DNA from: Candidatus Eiseniibacteriota bacterium
Lineage (GTDB): Bacteria > Eisenbacteria > RBG-16-71-46 > CAVPCR01
NCBI GenBank assembly: GCA_963823555.1
Contig: CAWGMA010000001.1
Coordinates: 1,152,001-1,216,000 of the forward strand
Direction of reading: 5' to 3'
DNA length: 64,000 nucleotides
In this document: piece by piece, positions 60,772-64,000 of the stretch
Numbering within the stretch: the first letter of the stretch is position 1
How the letters are laid out: each line of letters opens with the position of its first letter
Notes under the pieces: generated by a model
The model's database searches: none
The model's input: the letters and a program-made list of their open reading frames with translations, nothing else
What the model was told of the DNA's origin: nothing
Position numbers and translations under genes: made by a program

Positions 60772-61476
60772 ATGAGGAGTTCGTTACTTGCCATCGCTCT
60801 CGTCGCCTGTCTGATCCCGGCGGCGGCCCTGGCTCAGTGGTCGGATAACTTCGACGCGTATGCGCCCGGGGGCCTGATCGGACAAAGTCCCTGGGATGGC
60901 TGGCAGGGGAACCCTGCCGCGGACGCGAATGTCACCGCCGCGCTATCCCGCAGTGCTCCGCACTCGGTCGAGATCTTGCCGACCTCGGATGTGGTCAACG
61001 ACATGGGTGCGCTGTACAGCTCCGGCCAGTACAGGCTGACTGGCTGGTGTTACGTTCCTGGCAACGCGACTGGCTCTCAGTACATGATCGTGACGAACAC
61101 GTACGTTCTTCCAAACACCTTCAATTGGTCGGCCCAGATCCTGTTTGACGGGACTGCGGGCGTCGTGGAAGACGACGTGACGGGCGCTCCGGGCGGTGGT
61201 GACCCCACGTTGCCGCTGATCCGCGACCGCTGGGTGCGGTGCGAGCTGCTGATCGACCTCGATACCGATAGCCAGACCTTCAGCTATGACGGTCAGGTGC
61301 TCTACACGGATACCTGGACCAACCATGTCAGCGCGAACGGAAGCCTCACGATTGCGGTGATCGATCTCTTCTCGAATGGTGGTGATTCCATCTACTGGGA
61401 TGACCTGGAACTCGTCGACCTGGGCGCCACCGCGGTCGAGCCCTCGACCTGGGGGCAGATCAAGAGCCGCTTCTAG
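60772..61476 (+). CDS. Secreted beta-sandwich (LamG/ConA-like) protein with a C-terminal TWGxIK motif
   Basis: RBS AAGGAGG; Sec signal (..AAALA/QW); DNFDAY..G.LIGQ..W.GW start; IYWDDLEL; tail TAVEPSTWGQIKSRF. Confidence 0.8.
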   Translation: MRSSLLAIALVACLIPAAALAQWSDNFDAYAPGGLIGQSPWDGWQGNPAADANVTAALSRSAPHSVEILPTSDVVNDMGALYSSGQYRLTGWCYVPGNATGSQYMIVTNTYVLPNTFNWSAQILFDGTAGVVEDDVTGAPGGGDPTLPLIRDRWVRCELLIDLDTDSQTFSYDGQVLYTDTWTNHVSANGSLTIAVIDLFSNGGDSIYWDDLELVDLGATAVEPSTWGQIKSRF

Positions 61477-61510
61477 GAAACCCCCTCTTCGGGGAGGTAT
61501 CCGCCTTCGA

Positions 61511-61548
61511 GCAGAGGCCCGGGAATCCTCAGATTCCCGGGCCTCTGC
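61511..61548. terminator. Perfect 17-bp inverted repeat between convergent genes (likely bidirectional terminator)
   Basis: GCAGAGGCCCGGGAATC-CTCA-GATTCCCGGGCCTCTGC; a smaller TTCG-loop hairpin precedes it at about 61480-61498; no poly-U tail. Confidence 0.7.
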
Positions 61549-61571
61549 ATGCGCGCTCGCCCGGTGGCTGC

Positions 61572-62360
61572 TCAGGCTGCGGGAGTTCCGCCCGGGCCGC
61601 CCTTGCCGCGATCCAGGGCATCGATGAACGGGCGGAAGAGATCGATCGGAATCGGGAACACGGTGGTCGAGTTGTTCTCGGTCGCCACCTCGGCGAGCGT
61701 CTGCAGGTAGCGGAGCTGGAGCGCGATCGGAGTGGCCTGGATGACCTGGGCGGCCTCGGACAGCTTCTGGCTCGCCTGGAACTCGCCCTCGGCCATGATG
61801 ATGCGGCTTCGCCGCTCGCGCTCGGCCTCGGCCTGCCGCGCCATGGCCCGCTGCATCTCCTGCGGCAGGTCGACATGCTTGATCTGCACGCTCGAGACCT
61901 TGATGCCCCAGGGATCGGTGTGCTGATCGAGAATGTGCTGCAGCCGCTCGTTGATCTTCTCGCGCTCGGCCAGGAGGTCGTCGAGCTCGACCTCGCCGAG
62001 GACGCTGCGCAGCGTGGTCTGGGCCAGCTGCGAAGTTGCATAGAGGTACTTCTCGACCTCGATGATCGCCTGGCGGGCATCGATCACACGGAAGTAGACG
62101 ACGGCGTTCACCTTCATCGACACGTTGTCGCGCGTGATGATGTCCTGGGGCGGCACGTCCATGGCCACCGTGCGCAGGTCGACCTTGACCATGCGGTCGA
62201 CGATGGGGATGAGGAGAATGAGGCCCGGACCCTTGACTCCGATGGCTCGACCGAGCCGGAACACCACAGCGCGATCGTACTCCTTGAGTATCTTGATCGC
62301 ACTCGAGAGGATGAAGATGCCGAGCAGGACGACGACCATGATCGGCGAAATCGGTATCAT
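61572..62360 (-). CDS. SPFH/band-7 (slipin, QmcA-like) protein
   Basis: [61 protein letters not shown]. Confidence 0.95.
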   Translation of the reverse strand: MIPISPIMVVVLLGIFILSSAIKILKEYDRAVVFRLGRAIGVKGPGLILLIPIVDRMVKVDLRTVAMDVPPQDIITRDNVSMKVNAVVYFRVIDARQAIIEVEKYLYATSQLAQTTLRSVLGEVELDDLLAEREKINERLQHILDQHTDPWGIKVSSVQIKHVDLPQEMQRAMARQAEAERERRSRIIMAEGEFQASQKLSEAAQVIQATPIALQLRYLQTLAEVATENNSTTVFPIPIDLFRPFIDALDRGKGGPGGTPAA

Positions 62361-62410
62361 GACGGTTCCCCCCTTCCCGGGACGCGCGCGGCGCCCCCCA
62401 AAGCGCGCCT

Positions 62411-63802
62411 CTAGCCGCCGGTGCTCCCGCCTTCCGGCGCGTCGCGACCCGTGATCGGGGCGACCCTGAGCAAGAGCCTCGTTCCGGATTCAACTCGCAC
62501 CCGGTCGCCGACCGCGATCGGCGCGTTCGCCTCCGCCGTCCACAGCTCACCGTGAACGAGTACGGTGCCCGGGCGTCCAGGGTGGATCTCGGCCCGGACC
62601 ACACCCTGTTCTCCGATCAGGGCGGGGAGCCCCGTAGCGGGCCGCCGTCGCTGCGCCATCATCCCCTTGGTGACCACGAACATGAAGAAGAGCGCGGTGG
62701 TGGCCACGGCGGGCAAGATCACTTCGAGGCGGATGCGGAGGAAGTCGGCCTCCAGCGATGGATCGATGTCGATGAGCATGAGCGATCCGAAGAACATGGC
62801 GATGACCCCACCGATCGTCAGGACGCCGAAGCTCGTGACCTTGATCTCGAGGATGAAGAGGATGATGGCAACGAGAATGAGGAGCAGGCCCGCGTAGTTG
62901 AGTGGCAGCGTGTGCAGGCCGTAGAAGGCCAGGATCATGCAGATGCTCCCGGCCACCCCGGGCAGGATGCTTCCGGGATTGTAGAGCTCCAGGAGGAGGC
63001 CGAGCATACCTAGTGTGAAGAGCACATAGGCGATGTTCGGGTCGGAGACGTAGTCGAGCACGCGGAAGCGCCAGTTCATGGTCAGGCGCTCGATGTGCGC
63101 GCCGCGGGTCGCCATCGTGACCTCGCCGCTCTCGAGGCGGACGGTGCGGCCGTCGAGCGCGACGAGGAGGCTGTCGAGACTCGGCGACACGAGGTCCACG
63201 ACGTCGATCGCGAGCGCCGAGTCGGCCGTCACGGACACCGCCCGCCGCACCGCCAGCTCCGCCCATTCCGCGTTCCGCTCGTTGCGCTGGGCAAGCGAAC
63301 GGATGAAGGCGACCGCGTCGTTCTCGGCCTTGCGCGCCATGACGGAGTCGGTCTGGGCCCCGCCCAGGTTCACCGGGGATGCGGCGCCGATGGCGCTCGC
63401 CGGGTGCATGGCGGCAACATGGGATGCATACGTGACGAAGACCCCCGCCGAAGTGGCCGTCGCTCCGGCGGGGGAGACGTAGGTCACGAATGGAACGCGG
63501 GAGGCGAGGATCGTCTTGGCGATGACGTGGGTCGACTTGTAGAGGCCGCCGGGAGTGTCCAGCTCGAGGATCACAGCCGCGGCGTCATCCTCCTCGCCAC
63601 GCTCGATGGTCTCGCGGATGTACTCGGCGGCGACCGGGTTGATCGCCCCGTCGATCGTGATCACGTAGACGAGGGGCTCATCGGCCTCCAGGCGTCCAGC
63701 GCCGCAGAGGAGAGAGACGACCGCAAGAGCAGCCGCCAGGGTGAGACGAACGGCGACCATGGCGCGGCGGCCAGGTGGTGGATTGGAAGTCCATCGGCCC
63801 AT
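62411..63802 (-). CDS. nfeD: NfeD-family membrane-bound serine protease (ClpP class, long form)
   Basis: LDTPGG, ATSAG, IGAASPV, LELYNPG, C-terminal OB domain VHGELW; paired with the SPFH gene; upstream TTGACA-N17-CATAGT (63878-63850). Confidence 0.92.
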   Translation of the reverse strand: MGRWTSNPPPGRRAMVAVRLTLAAALAVVSLLCGAGRLEADEPLVYVITIDGAINPVAAEYIRETIERGEEDDAAAVILELDTPGGLYKSTHVIAKTILASRVPFVTYVSPAGATATSAGVFVTYASHVAAMHPASAIGAASPVNLGGAQTDSVMARKAENDAVAFIRSLAQRNERNAEWAELAVRRAVSVTADSALAIDVVDLVSPSLDSLLVALDGRTVRLESGEVTMATRGAHIERLTMNWRFRVLDYVSDPNIAYVLFTLGMLGLLLELYNPGSILPGVAGSICMILAFYGLHTLPLNYAGLLLILVAIILFILEIKVTSFGVLTIGGVIAMFFGSLMLIDIDPSLEADFLRIRLEVILPAVATTALFFMFVVTKGMMAQRRRPATGLPALIGEQGVVRAEIHPGRPGTVLVHGELWTAEANAPIAVGDRVRVESGTRLLLRVAPITGRDAPEGGSTGG

Positions 63803-64000
63803 GGCGATTTCGTCCCTGGGGAAGGTCCGAGCGACCAGGAGGCAAAGCGACTATGCAGTGGCCCCGAGGACCTGTCAAGCTACGCGGGAACCGGTCCGGC
63901 TCGCGGGGAGAACGCGATCCGGCGTCCCGGTGAGCGCTTGACACCCGCCGCGGCGCCTGACAACTTTGATCCGGCCCTGTGGCGAGTACCAGTCACCGTC

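Overview
High-GC bacterial chromosomal window (GC judged by eye, not computed) with about 50 protein genes and three tRNA genes. No mobile element or CRISPR array was seen. The gene content is diderm-type (Wzi, a beta-barrel, TatC), and one secreted protein ends in '...TAVEPSTWGQIKSRF'. Together these point to an FCB-related candidate phylum such as Ca. Eisenbacteria or Krumholzibacteriota (inference). Housekeeping genes include uppP, valS, uvrB, nadC-birA-nrdR-tatC-coaX, an orphan groEL, tRNA-Phe, tRNA-Thr, glmM-glmS-ridA, tRNA-Sec (selC), lepA-lepB-hemW, dcd (two compensating frameshifts) and nfeD-SPFH. A surface-glycan region carries three GT4 genes, Wzx, a WcaJ-type priming transferase, WecB and a GT-C/TPR protein, with Wzi and a methyltransferase elsewhere in the window. 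Most notable: (1) A flagellum-free signalling block at about 2-13.7 kb. It holds an MglA GTPase with a long tail and no MglB, a TPR protein, and a PAS kinase plus sigma-54 activator. A sigma-54 promoter then drives a receiver, a WhiG/FliA-like sigma-28, a GAF-degenerate GGDEF protein with an intact RxxD I-site, and a hybrid kinase. A second sigma-54-promoted kinase at 33-35 kb has an Arg-rich, c-di-GMP-motif-like tail. (2) A putative, apparently uncharacterised C-terminal 'TWGxIK' sorting signal. (3) An apparently leaderless stand-alone selC and several leaderless mRNAs, driven by promoters with a recurrent 18-bp spacer. (4) A structured glmS leader that partly resembles the glmS ribozyme.
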